In this document: in pieces, positions 22,969 through 35,599 of the stretch | Position numbering within the stretch: the stretch's first letter is position 1 | Layout: the number at the start of each line of letters is the position of its first letter | Assembly (NCBI RefSeq): GCF_036321535.1 | Contig: NC_087436.1 | Span: forward strand, 20,710,001 to 20,774,000 | Reading direction: 5' to 3' | DNA length: 64,000 nt | Source of the DNA: Camelus dromedarius | Taxonomy: Eukaryota | The notes under the pieces: generated by a model | The model's input: only the letters and a program-made list of their open reading frames with translations | Database searches by the model: none | Told to the model about the DNA's origin: nothing | Made by a program: the position numbers and the translations under genes

Positions 22969-24434
22969 CTTTAAAAAAATGTAAAAAGACTCATTAGAAA
23001 TATTTAGTGTCATAGTAAAAACACTGCATTTGAAAGACAAAATAAAGGGTAAGAAATTTTTAGGAACTACATGAATATTCTAGGAAAACATATAGACAAA
23101 AATAAAAGAACAAATTTTTTTTAGCTTGGGATTTCTATTCCTTTTTTAACCAAAATTTAAGAATCGTAGTAAAAGTGAAATGATATTGTGTTGCATATCT
23201 TAAAAGGCTCATATGAAAAAGACCTGATAGGAATCCAGCATTAATCTTGTTATTGCATTGATTCTATTTTCAAGTTTCCCCAGTTACCGTACTTTGCACT
23301 TTCCAGCTTATCTGATGACAATTTAGCAATTTTTCCCTACAGTTACTAATAACTTCCTAAGAAGAACAAATCACCATCAAGAAAGAGACAGACCATCAGG
23401 AGCCAGTTTGGGTCACTTTAAAATTCTTATTGTATTGTCACTCACATATGATTAAATAATGAATCTAATGAACAGCACCAGGTCATTACATAGTGTAGCA
23501 AATGGCTGACGCCCTGCAATAAGCAAGCAAGGAACTGATGCTAACAACAGAGCCTCCATTTTCAAAAATATAAGTGCCTTTTTCTTGCACCTCACTTATA
23601 GGAGAGAGTGTCTATTTTGTAATATAAAAATCTTTAAAATAGCCTTTCAATTTTCTCAAGCAGAAGAGCTGACATACTACCCCTCACTGAAAAAAAATTA
23701 AAATTAGCTAAAATGAAAATGTGGAGCAGACTTAAACTTCAAGGGATCTGAAAGAAAGACCTTTTTTTTCCCGTTTCTTACAATTAAGAATTTTATCAAA
23801 TAAAAAGTTTAATAACAAAAGAGACTCATTACAAAAAAGCCTTTTGACATTACTTTTACAGTTTGAGTTAACAGGTGTTTTTTGGGGGGAGGTATGTTAA
23901 ATTAATAAGATTCACTTCCCTATTCTGATAATGATTTTGCTATTAAAATATGATGTTGCTATCAGAGTTGACTTTTTATGATGTCCCAAATTCCTACTTC
24001 TGGTCTCATACCTTTAGTTATGCTGAATGTTTTGATTTTTACCTAACAAATCAGATTATTACTCCTAATCAGTTCTGCAATAAAAGCATCTAGTAACTGA
24101 AAGTTTAGAAGTTGTAGAACATGCAAGTTTGCAAGGACTGGCAAGAACAAGAATTTGAGGACAACCAAGGGAGGCTTAACAACGGAACATGAAGACACTA
24201 TAAAGTTTATTTTCTGTGAGCTTGACCTAGGTCCCCTCAAAGCTAAAATCAATCTTAGAATCTGAGAGTCCAAAATGGTTAAAACATAATATACATTTTG
24301 AACTAACTTTTGGGTTAAATGTGTCACCCCTAAATTTCTGAGACAGACTCTTCTTCAAGCCCAATATCCGACTAAGCTATTGGGAAATGTTCTGTCTTTG
24401 GGAAACAGGCAAGTAAGAGCAAATGTCCTTGGGA

Positions 24435-24464
24435 GTGTGTGTGCGTGTGCGTGTGCGTGTGTGT
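24435..24464. repeat. (GT)/(GC) alternating purine-pyrimidine microsatellite
   Basis: GTGTGTGTGCGTGTGCGTGTGCGTGTGTGT. Confidence 0.85.
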
Positions 24465-27400
24465 TTTAAGGGAGCAGAACAAGGAGGCATGGCAGCTGGG
24501 AAGGGTGCTCCCTGGGAGGGGCAAGGCAGCTGGAAGGAGGTTATCTTTCTTTGAAAAAATTCAGGGATTAGAAATTGGGGAGAGGAATGAAGGCTGCAAC
24601 GGCATTTACTCATCTTCAGCAATTCGCTGCTGGCAAAAGATAACTTTTCTCCTCCATTCTTCAATGGCTAAGCATCAGATGAAAATTGCCCAGCAGTGTT
24701 AAATAATTTTGTTTGAGGTAAAAAGAAGAGAAGGAAAACTGAGTTGCTGAATTGAACTTTTCACAGTTTGGGGCTAGATGTTTCATGTATACATATATAT
24801 AAATATACATATATTTACCATCAGGCAGGAAGCTCTCCATGCCAACACAATGTGTGCAGGAAGACTGTCATACTATGGATATATTTATAACTGCATGTGT
24901 GAAGGAGAAATTTTGTTTTCATGTGATGTTTGCCTGCAGGGGTCACAGAAAAATTTCAAAGTGCAACCCAGAAGACATTTCGAGTCTGCTTTTCAAAAAA
25001 ATAATCTGTTTTCCAGCATTACAGTCTGCAAACTAATACCATCTTACAGGGAAATGAATGAACAATGCCAGTGGCTGATTCTATTTTATAAGGAATTATT
25101 AGCTGGGGACAAACATGAGGAAATGGGAAATCATTTTCAAATGGAACATCTGAAGATGAATGAGCGCAGATTCATAAACTCTGTCGCTCCAGAGGTACTA
25201 TGCTCTCTTAGCAAATTAAACAAAACCACACCAGAATGTTGACAATGATTTACTGCAAGCTTTTTACAGTATCTAGACAAACGGCACAATCTAAGTGGGA
25301 AGGAAGGAGCCAACTCAGAAGACCTTTACATAAAAATATGGGCATTTTTCTGATAATCAGGATATTTGAATCTAAATGTCTAATAGTTTTATTAGTACTT
25401 TATCTTAAATGATCCAATTTTACAGACAGTGATGAGTAAGATATATTTTTCTGTGAAGAGCTAAAAGAGATACAGTTTCAGGACACTGGGCTACATTTAT
25501 CGTCAGGGAAGATATAATTTACCAAATGGTACCCTTCTGTTTGGAAGGAAACACTGAAGGGCATTTTACTGAAGGTGACTGTTGAGCTCACCCTGAATCA
25601 TCTTAATACGATCAAGTCTACTATGGATGGAAGTACACTGATGATTCCAGTGGCTGTAATTTTTTTTATAGCTCCTGATAATTTATCAAATATTTTGAAA
25701 CTGTAATAACTCTACTCCAAGATCATGAACCCAGTCCTGCTATACCACAAAGCACCCTATAAACTACTGACATGTAAACAAATATTCTCTCTGGGGAGTT
25801 TGCTAAGTTCTAGCTTTTCTCTGAGCACGTATGCTAGAGAAAAGTTATTTTTCCTCATTATATATGCTGTTCATAACGATAAGGCAAAAAAAAAATGAAA
25901 ACTACACAAAATCCCATCATCTGTAAAGCCTGCACTCGAGAGCATTTTCTAGCAGAGGGAGTGGCCTGGGGGCTATTCCTGGGGGGTCTTCACCCATTCG
26001 CTTTGGCTTGCTTTCTTGGGGACTAATGAGACACATGGGTAAGATAGCGGACTGGGGTTGGGAGTGGCTGTGGACTCGAGACAACTCAGGGGAATCTAAT
26101 CCTTGACCTTGGCCTCTTTAGCAACAGGATTAAACCAACCGAACTAATTGTGTACAGACATGTCACACTACAGTAACCTACAGCTGAGAGAGGACAGTCC
26201 AAGAGTGATAAAAATCACTATAATGAATGGAAAAAAAAGCAAGGCCCAGCAATGTCCTTTCATATGCCATTTGCACAGAGCTTACTGGGCCATCATGCAG
26301 TCAGCAGGAGAGCATCTCCGCTGTTCACTGCAATTCAGGCCCAAGATGAGACCCCCTGAGAAAGGAGCTCCTATGGATTTTTAGTGTAATTTTGGTACTT
26401 TTAGAAGTTTTAAGAATTTATCTCCCTAAGTAAATGCACCACTGGGAATATGATGATTAATAAAACTCTAGTGTATCTTCTCTGTAGTGATTTTTTAACT
26501 TCTTTTTTTTTTTTCATTTTTGTGGAAGTAAGCAGACCATGAATCTTTCTGAATTGAAGCCCCTAGAAAGTAGCTACCTTTCGGGTATATGTGTATCCCA
26601 ACGTGAGTGACACTTTCTTAAAGCCATGAGGGTGATGCAAACAAATAGATCATTTACGTACTTAATTCTTTATGTATTGGGCAATGGGGAAGAAATGAAA
26701 ATGTTTCCGGAATTATCTTTCTTTCAACCCCTTTCAGCATTTGCCTTCTCTTAGCAAACTACAACCCTTTAGCTCCCTTCCTCTTCATGTTTTTGATTTG
26801 CAGAAAGATGAGGCTAATAACGAGAATAGTAAAAACAATATATATGTATAAGAATCACAAAGTAGCTGTTTTTCACAATTTTGAACTTTAGAGAAAAACC
26901 AACCATGTCACTAAATAGACGTAAGAAGGTGAAACTGTAGCAAATGTGCTTTCTGAGCAATTTCTGAAAAATGAGTGTTCTAGAATTCTGAAGAGACTTC
27001 TGAGCTGGGGGCCAGGGCCGAGGGGAAGATGATCGCCTCTTATCCATCATATTTTAGGAAACAGTAACCTACGGGCCAAGGACCGGGCTGGCTAACAAAC
27101 TGATCCACGTCAGTAACACGAAGAGCGTGTTATTACAGCTCACATTGGGGACAAGTATTTAGAGCGATTATTAGCGAGTGATGGATGCCGAGGAAGCCCC
27201 CTCTGCTCCATGCTACAGCCGGCTGGCCTGGCCCTGGAAAGCACCCTCGCTGCTCCATCCACTGCTGGAGTGGAGATTTCATCTGGTTATCTTTCAAGGC
27301 AGCCTGGGTGGCCACCAAAAGCACTTGACATCTTGATGAACTTCAGCAGTTTTACATATATACAAACCCTGGAGAAAAATAAATTTGTCATTCGTCACCA

Positions 27401-28319
27401 CATCTGTTGATCTGGGGAGCGAGGTGCTCGCGGTTCTGGCTCCTGAGCTGTTTGCTGTGCTTTTCAGTAGATATTGCCTTTTTTTGTTGTTGGTTTTGGA
27501 AGCTAAAATAACATCAAATAGAGGAAGACTCCCACAGGTGAGTACCCAGATCCAGCCTAGTGATATTCATCTCAAGTTGATAAAGGCAGATAAAGATGCT
27601 GAGTGTCAATATCACTTCGAATTTACAGTGGTAAAGGCATACCTTCCAGACTGGAAGTTTGCAGCAGATCTTTCTGGGACCTAATCTGTTATCGCTTCTC
27701 GGCAGGCCATCTAGGCAACCGTGACCTATTCTACTTTGCTTTGGGGAATGCGATAAAGAGGAAGAAACAGCTGGTTTAAGGAAAGCCTTAGAAACAAAGC
27801 TGTAGTTTATAAAGACAATAATAATATTTTCACATTGAATGGATTTAGATACATGTTATGGTACACCAAACGAAGCCAGCAACCCTAGTCAAAATGTTTT
27901 CTTAGGCTATTAAGAAAGCTCTATTAAAAAAAAAATACAGAAATCTACACTTTTCTGGGTCAGAGAAAAAAGTAAAATGTGCATAGCAGTTAAAAAAAAA
28001 TTCTCCAAGTGCATCCTACAGTTCTTAAAGCTTGCCTTTTACTTCAGTGCCATTGAGTTTTATAAACTGTTAGCTTCAGTAGATTTGTTTGTGTGTGACT
28101 GTCTAACTAAACAGAATCTGTCTTGTTAAATTCTTTTCTACCTCTGTGTTCATTCTTCCAATGAAAGCAACAACCACCGAGGTTTATAAACTTCTGATGG
28201 TAGAATTAATCAATGACCAAGAACTTATATGTTTATTAGGATCCAAAATATGATAGTGACCAGGCAGATTTGGGACACCATAAGCCTAAGAACTTCATCT
28301 TGCCCATGACTTTCTCATT

Positions 28320-28440
28320 GTACAACTTTGTTTAAGGCATTCAGCTTCTCCTGAGGTTCAGTTTTCTTCATCTGTCAAATGGAAGATTCCACCTTGAGGA
28401 GCAAATTAATCATTATATGTGAAAATACTTTGTAAGATGT
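28320..28440 (+). mobile_element. MIR fragment
   Basis: TTCAGTTTTCTTCATCTGTCAAATGG...ATATGTGAAAATACTTTGTAA. Confidence 0.6.
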
Positions 28441-28875
28441 TATTTTTGGGGGGATTTTGAATTATATTTTATTTTAGGAAATAGCTTAAAAGTTAGTGGA
28501 CAATCTGTACTTATGTCTCAGCTGGGAAGAAGGGGAGGCTGTCTTGATATTGACACTGATGGATAAAGAAGAAATCAGAAAGAAATTTGTACTGATAACC
28601 CAGCGTGTGTAAAGATTACCACCCATATTATTGGTTTAACAAGAAATGTAAGCCATTTCAGCAAAACAATGCACTGTTTGTAGGCTCAAATGATAATAAT
28701 CCTTTTGGCAGCAGTAAAAGGTTGTAAGTTTGAAAAGGGTAATTATGAGGTAATAATAGGTATTTTGAATGGCGAGATAAATTTTACACTCTCGTAAGCC
28801 AGCATTTAGAAACAGGTATCTTGGAGGGATATTCTGCAGTAGTTAATTTAATTTATGCATTTTTTTTTTTTTTAC

Positions 28876-29068
28876 CTGGAATATGGCCTCGGCAAGTATA
28901 AAAGAATTCTTTGCAATAGTCTTTGCAGAGCAGGGGAAGTGCCAGGTCTCTTTCCAAGGCTTCTCTCTCAGGTGAGTGGAACAGGCTCTGAGAATATGGA
29001 GAGCAAAGTGCACATCTGATTTCCTCCAGTAACTTCCCGCATTCTGTGTTGTTGGCAACAGAAAATAT
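28876..29068 (-). CDS. HHIP: HHIP coding exon 2 (cysteine-rich domain)
   Basis: 193 nt; acceptor ttttag|ATA, donor CAG|GTAAAA. Manual translation IFSVANNTECGKLLEEIRCALCSPYSQSLFHSPEREALERDLALPLLCKDYCKEFFYTCRGHIP(G). The ORF track shows a different frame here. Confidence 0.97.
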
Positions 29069-32000
29069 CTAAAAGCCAAAAAATCAGAAACAAACTTCTT
29101 AGTTACAGTTTTTTTTTTGTTGTTTTTTGGGGTTTTTTGGTCATCATGGAAGGAGAAAAGTGCAATTTAGCTAATGCAGTTTTCTGCAAAGAATCACCAT
29201 GTCACAGTACAGAGTGATTTGTAAGGACATATGCGCGGTCTCCTGGGTTGGGATGGGAGAGTAAAGGGTAGGGGTACAAACTTGCTTCCTACTCCTGTAA
29301 GTCAGTCTCTTTATCTGCCTTTCAGGTGTGAAAAATTATATGATAATTCTACTTAGACCCTTTAACCCTTTATCACTTTACTCTGCCTCAAAGTGTGTAC
29401 CCACTGGTATTGAACTTTAAAACTCCAAATACCTTTATCCAACTGTATGCAAAGCAGAACTTTTTAAGACACGGCTTATCTGTGCCTTGGGTAAAAATCT
29501 ATTTCACTCCTGAAATTCTTAAAGCTATTCTCAAAGATGTTACTTGAATTACAGTGTCCTAATTTTAATTAATTTTTAATCTACAGATTGCATAGGGAAG
29601 GTTTTCTAAAGTGGGGGAACAATCTCCTTTTCATGTTCTACAAAAATAAGAACTGAAGCTGAGTCGAACAGATTTAAGACCAACTTTCATTATTCATTAT
29701 ACTTAGCCAGGGAAAATTTTCTAACTAGCTCCTCAGTTATGTTATCTGCATGAATAAACACAAGCGTCTAATGAAAGTGCTTTTGTATTGCATTTAGTGA
29801 GTTTTAATGAAAAAAGGGCACATTTTTATCCTTGTTTATACAGTAGTATGTCTTTTATATCAATAAGATCAATTTGGGAGTTACTGATCCATTGAGATTA
29901 CTCATTTATAGATAAATCAGGTCTCAGTGTCTAGTACTAACTTTAAAAAACTGACTTCAGGACCTCCTCTAATAAACAGAGAAGATAATAATAGTACAAT
30001 ATTTGAGACATGAAACGTAGTGTTGTCTAAATCAAGCACTGAGTTTTCATATTAAAAAACACCATGATGAGATTAAATTTTATACGTTTTCCTCAATTTA
30101 TATAACTATGTTTATACTTAATTATTTCTTTAGAACTACAAACTGAAATGAACATTTTTAAACTCTAGATCATTGCTTAAAGCAGATATTTCATTCGCAA
30201 GTTGAGGTTTTAATTTGAGTAAACTGAGTAAATCATATGGCTTCTAGTTTTGAGGATAAAGATATTCTGTGGGGATCACAAAATTTGGATCTGTAAGAGT
30301 AAAACAACTAAAAAAAATCATTGAAGTCAAGGCACACTGAAATTTGGGCATACAGTACTTAAAAGTCCAATAGGAACTACCCTATTTTGGAAAAAAATAA
30401 GTGTGTGTGTATATATATATAAATAATATATGATGAGTTGTAACTATGATATTCAGAAAAGTTATTATTAATCACAATTATGTCTGCATTTTGATGTTTA
30501 TCAATTTATTTGAATAACAATTGCATAAATGGTTAAAGTTTTCTAAAAGGAAACATACACCAGACACTTAGAATTTGCATTCCAAGAATGTTTTAAATAT
30601 CTTTTATTGTCCACACTCTGGCAGACTTCACCAGATTCTATTTGATATGAATACTGTTCAACTGTGTTCTGTTTGTTTATCATGCGGCAGTCCACTGAGA
30701 ACAAAACAACTCCAAGACTCTGAAGCCACCTCTTCCGCTGGCTGAAAAACTGGAATGTAATTACCTTTGGTTTTATGGAGAATATGCCTGCTTCCATCTT
30801 TTACAGCTGCGACAAAATAAATGATCCTCTCCCAGCTGCTATCCAGGAAGAGCTTGATTTTAGTGCCTAAAGAATTTTGTCTTTTACAATTTTGGGAATG
30901 TGCCCTGGCCACAAGATCTCTCATCAAAAGTTTCAGAAAGAGGATTCAATAAATTATCTGAAATCAAGTATAATATTTTTCTTTGTAAAGTTTCATGCTG
31001 TTCCCGCCCAGCAGGATGGTAACATTTTGCTCCGTGTGAGGTCTGCAGTGTAAATACCTATTTGAAGATAGAGCCATCATTCTGGCTTTGGTTTCAATGA
31101 ACCAATAGTCTTACTGAAGTCAATTAAACTGACTGAGCCCAAGCTGCAACGCTGTGCTGTCTTAGACAGATGAGGACTGGTGTGTGGGGAGTGTTTTTCC
31201 CTCTTTTCTGCCTCTGTGTCTGTGTCTCTACAGGTCCTTAACGTTATGTCTGACAATGTCATCAATCTTAAGAAGAAATTTAAGCTAATTTCCTGTTTCG
31301 ATTTTTAAAAGCCATGTATGAAACCGTCAAATTAGAGTGGCTTAAACTAAATATACTTTGGAAATCATGTAAAACTTCGAAACATTACTACAGCATGCCT
31401 AGCAATGATTGTGGATGTTGCTGACTAATTTATAACATCTGGCAGGTCATCCTTTAATCTTTAGCCACATGAAAGTAAGGTCCATAGAAGAAAGGTAAGA
31501 TTAAACCCAGGAATACCCAGCGAAGCATGGCCTACAACTATAGCTTATCAGCAAATAGTAAAATAGGTGACAGAGACCTTCTGTATTTCTCTTTCTTTAT
31601 CAAGTCACTAAACAAAGAGGACAAAAAGGCACCCACATGGGTTTGAAGAGGGGACAAAAGGAGAAAATACATGGCAGTGTATTAAGATGACGCCTCGAGA
31701 TCCCTTGGTACACAAAAAGTTATTTCTAAAAATCATATGCCTACAAGGTTGTTCAGCTGTTGGGTGGAACACATGCGTCCCTGGACTATAGGGCTGGATT
31801 ATGTCATTAAAGAGTTCAGTTTCAATTTTAGGCTAATATGTAAATAGATCATTGTACTAAGGCAGCTGTTAAAGGGACCCCAGGATGAGTTATTTGTTTA
31901 GTTGGATGTGTTCAACAATAGCCTTTGTCCCGGAAAGAGCCAGAGCAAACAAATGATTGTAAAAGGGCACACTTGAAAACAATTACTTTTCACCCATTCC

Positions 32001-34784
32001 TTGACAGCTTTGGCTGTGAAACCACCCAAGGTAGAGAGAGCTTCTATGCCTCTGTGGCTCCAAGTTAAGTTTTAGAAATGGGGGTATTTCAGTGGGTTGC
32101 AGATTCAATTTGGCTAATGGGAATTAGATCCTTTTAGCATCTTGTATTTAGGGGCTGCAAAAGTCTTGCTGAGACAGTGTAACTTCCTAAATTTTTGGCA
32201 AGACTTATTTGTAACAGTAGTGAACCATCTCATTATTGTACATAAAACTATTCAATTATACAAAGAAATTAAAATATAAAAGAATAATACCATGGCTAAA
32301 GAATTCAATTCAATTACATTCAAAGGTTCATTACATTAAAGAAAATGGGTTAGGATGGAAACTGGATTTAATTGCACAGCTAAGCATAATCAATATTCTT
32401 ACCTAGTTTTCTACTATCTATTTGTTTATGAAGTTTCTTCCCTTAGGAAAAAGCTATTCCTGTAGTTTCTTGAAAACTTGCAGAAATCTTTCTGGGGGAA
32501 AAATTTTTTTTTCATAAACAAAAAAGGGCCCTTTCAATAGCCATCATCTCTCCTGTACATTACAAAATAAGACCTTAACATATATTATAAGCCAGGAAGG
32601 CTTAGGGGAAAAAAGGGAAACACTGAAGTTTATTATAAAATAACATGTTCTAAAAACTATTAAAACTTGAGAACTAACATAGGTCAAGAATACATATGCA
32701 GAACTATCTCAAATCTCTGATTTGAACAATTTGAGTATTGTTGGTTTATAAACCACTTGTGATGGAACCAGTAGGGTCTAGTGTACCAAATTTAATTCAC
32801 ATTTTCCAAATGAGTAGGGGTTTGTTGGAGATTGGAAGCACGTAAAACGGAAAAGAATGTGGATGGCTAATGTGGCAGAATGCTTCCTAAAGAATAATTT
32901 CTTTAAAAAAAATGTTTTTATGTAACTTCTCTTAAGGGTCAGAATTCCCCTCAGTCCTGGTGCCCCACCCCACCCTCCAGCTCCCCACTATCTTTAGTTA
33001 AGAAAAAGTTTTCATTCCTTATGTGCCTGAAGAGCTCAGTGTGGCAGGGGTCTGCGGATCATCGGAATATTCAGAGTGCGTATTACACTCAGGGAGGCTT
33101 AATGGCAAATATTTCTAAACCTTTCTCTGAACTCCCTGGTTCTGTCCGGCTCCTGGCAAGAACCCTGGAGCTGATGTGAATGGAGCGATTTTGTACTTTA
33201 ATTCAGTTACAACACAGGAGCTTCATGACAATGTTTTGAATAAAATGCTGGAATATCTGTTCCCTGAATCTCAGACTACTGCTGCATATGGTAAGAATAA
33301 AGAGAGAGTTACAGCTGAAAACCTGCAGCAAGACAGTTCTCACTCATCTGGGAATAGAAGGAGTTGGACAAATGCTCCCTCAAAAGGCATGAACATTTGG
33401 ACAGAGCTGGGGACTGAAAGAGAATGATGTTCTCTAGTTTCACCCATTAGTGAACCAACTAACAAACACAATGGTGTTGTTGTTATTCTTTTGCCATAAG
33501 CAACAGGACTCTGTGTGTGGGCAGCAGTTTAGTGGGGAGGAGGATAAGTCGACCCCTTTTTGTCCTATTGATTTTTTCCTATTTGCATGACTTGAGCAAA
33601 TTAAATGATGCAATATGGCTTTTTGTTACAAAACAAAGTGAGAGATACCACCCAGACACATATGTTGATTCGTAGGAGCTGTTTACATGAGAATAGAGTG
33701 AAATCTACCGTGAACTGAGCATAAAAATTAGATTCAGCCAGGGTATTTTTTTTTTAATGCCTGGGTCAGGAAGACTGAAGCACAAGTTTTCCAAGAGTCT
33801 CTCAGACCTTGACAACTGCAGGGTTGTAACAGAGGAATTCTTAATTAAACCTAAAATGGGGAAAGGGAGGGGGAGCAAAGACACCTGATTGTTTATTTCA
33901 CCCGCAGGGATTATTAATGACGTGATTCCTTGGAGTACAGTAGAGAGCACACATTACTGCATCCCAGGGCAAGAAAGATGTTGCAAACTCAAATATAAGC
34001 ACGTCTTTACATTCGACCAACACTGTTTTCATATTTGCTTAAACTTACTAACACCGGGGAAAATGTAAATGCCATTACCCCTAAAACAAGTTTTCTGGAG
34101 AAGATTTTCCTAGACAACTACCACTGAAAGACAGAATTTATAATGTTACAAAACATGACAAACAGACGGAGAATCGCCCCGGTTTTATGTGATAAATACG
34201 CCCCCAGCAAAATCTTTCGCCCACTTTTGGGTTCTTAACTGGAGTACCAGAAGTTCCTTGTCGCTGTTTAACTATTGTAATGCAAGACACCCCCCTCTGA
34301 CGGGGCTGGGGATCATAAACCAACCATGCTTCAACATCCTTTAAGATTCACTCCTCTCCCTAACCGAGCACGTGGAGAAAACTGCACAAATCTTTTTACC
34401 CTAGAAAAATAAACCGGAAACCACAGCCACCTTAATTAACAGTTTCACCGCAGCCAATGCCCGATTTGATCCAAAACACACTGTTAATCGCGATTCTTTT
34501 AAAATATTTACCCAGCCCAGAATGCAGGTACCACAGAAGCTTCTCTTTTCTGAGACAGGCAGTTTTGCACAGCATCCCAACCGCGGACTCTTGGGGGCGG
34601 GAGAGGTATCTGCGCACCCCAGAGGAACACACAAACGCATCACGCCAACGCTTTAGAAAAGTTATCAAAAAGAACTCCCAAAACAAGTGTCGCCCCTCTT
34701 CCAACCACCAGTATTGCCGGAGCCACTGGGAACTCCACCCGCCAGTATGCCAGTCTCGCAGCTGTGAGGCGGGTGCGTGCCTAC

Positions 34785-35063
34785 CTTGTTATCCAGGCGC
34801 CCCAGCCCCGGGCTGTCACTCCGCAGGCAGCAGGACAGCCGAGGGTAGAAGCCACCGCACGGCATCTCTCCCCCACTCAGCAGCTCCAGCTGGGACATCA
34901 TCCGCCTATCTCTCCTTTTCAGGCGCTTCGGGGGGGTCCCATTCAGGCACCTTCTCCTCCTCGCTCCGCTCCCTTCGCTTCTTTCCCCAAACTTAGCATC
35001 TCCTTCAAAGAAGCCCAGAGCCACGGCCAGCAGCAGCAGCTTAAAGGAGAGCATCTTCAGCAT
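34785..35063 (-). CDS. HHIP: HHIP coding exon 1 (aa 1-93: signal peptide, basic heparan-sulfate-binding clusters, start of cysteine-rich domain)
   Basis: Translates MLKMLSFKLLLLAVALGFFEGDAKFGERSEGSGARRRRCLNGTPPKRLKRRDRRMMSQLELLSGGEMPCGGFYPRLSCCLRSDSPGLGRLDNK, recognisable as the HHIP N-terminus. ATG at 35063-35061; 279 nt; followed by donor AAG|GTAGGC. Confidence 0.98.
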
Positions 35064-35580
35064 CGTCTGCCCCGCGCGGCAGGGGCTGGGCGCGGGAGGA
35101 CGGAGGGGAACGCCACTGCCCAGCAGGGGCACTAGGGCGCAGCTCCAGGAGGAGGCTGCAGGGCGGCAGGACACTCGAGAGGCAGAGAGAGGTGGCGGGT
35201 GCGAAAAGATGTAGAGCGATGCAACTTTGCAAAAAATAAGACGAAGCGATGGGCCCGATGCCTTAGGGGAGCCCGAGGAGCGAGATAAAGTTGTGCAGTT
35301 GACACCGTTTGCAGTGGTGCCAGTGTCAGTTGGGTGGGGGGCTTTCTGCTGCGGCTGGGAAGTGGGAGGAGGAGGAGAAGTTGGAAGAGGAGGAGGAAGA
35401 AGAGGAGGAGAAGACGGCCACAGAGGTTCACTTGTCCGTGTAACGGGAGTTGTTTAGGTGAGACAGTAGCAGGAACAGAAACGGCGGCGGCGGCGGCGGC
35501 GGGGCAGGCGGAGGCAGGGCCAGCGCTGGGCTCTAGATGATGCTGAGGTCTCCTCTGCCGGCGGCTGCAGCTTCTCACAC
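35064..35580 (-). other. HHIP: HHIP 5' UTR (approximate; TSS inferred near 35580)
   Basis: Contiguous with coding exon 1; resembles the recalled human HHIP leader; contains a pyrimidine tract and (CCG)7; no AUG between 35064 and 35587. Confidence 0.7.
35482..35502. repeat. (CGG)7 / (CCG)7 repeat in the HHIP 5' UTR
   Basis: Seven uninterrupted CGG units on the plus strand. Confidence 0.9.
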
Positions 35581-35599
35581 AGCCTCTCATGTTTCGTTC

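Noticed and set aside
22804..29079. ORF-track proteins 28843..29079 and 22804..23040 overlapping exons 2 and 3
   Set aside because: They are alternative frames of true HHIP exons; the spliced frame was established manually.
34665..34784. Read-through of exon 1 into intron 1 (VGTHPPHSCETG...)
   Set aside because: Good donor (AAG|GTAGGC), GC-rich sequence explains the open frame, and the peptide has no notable features.
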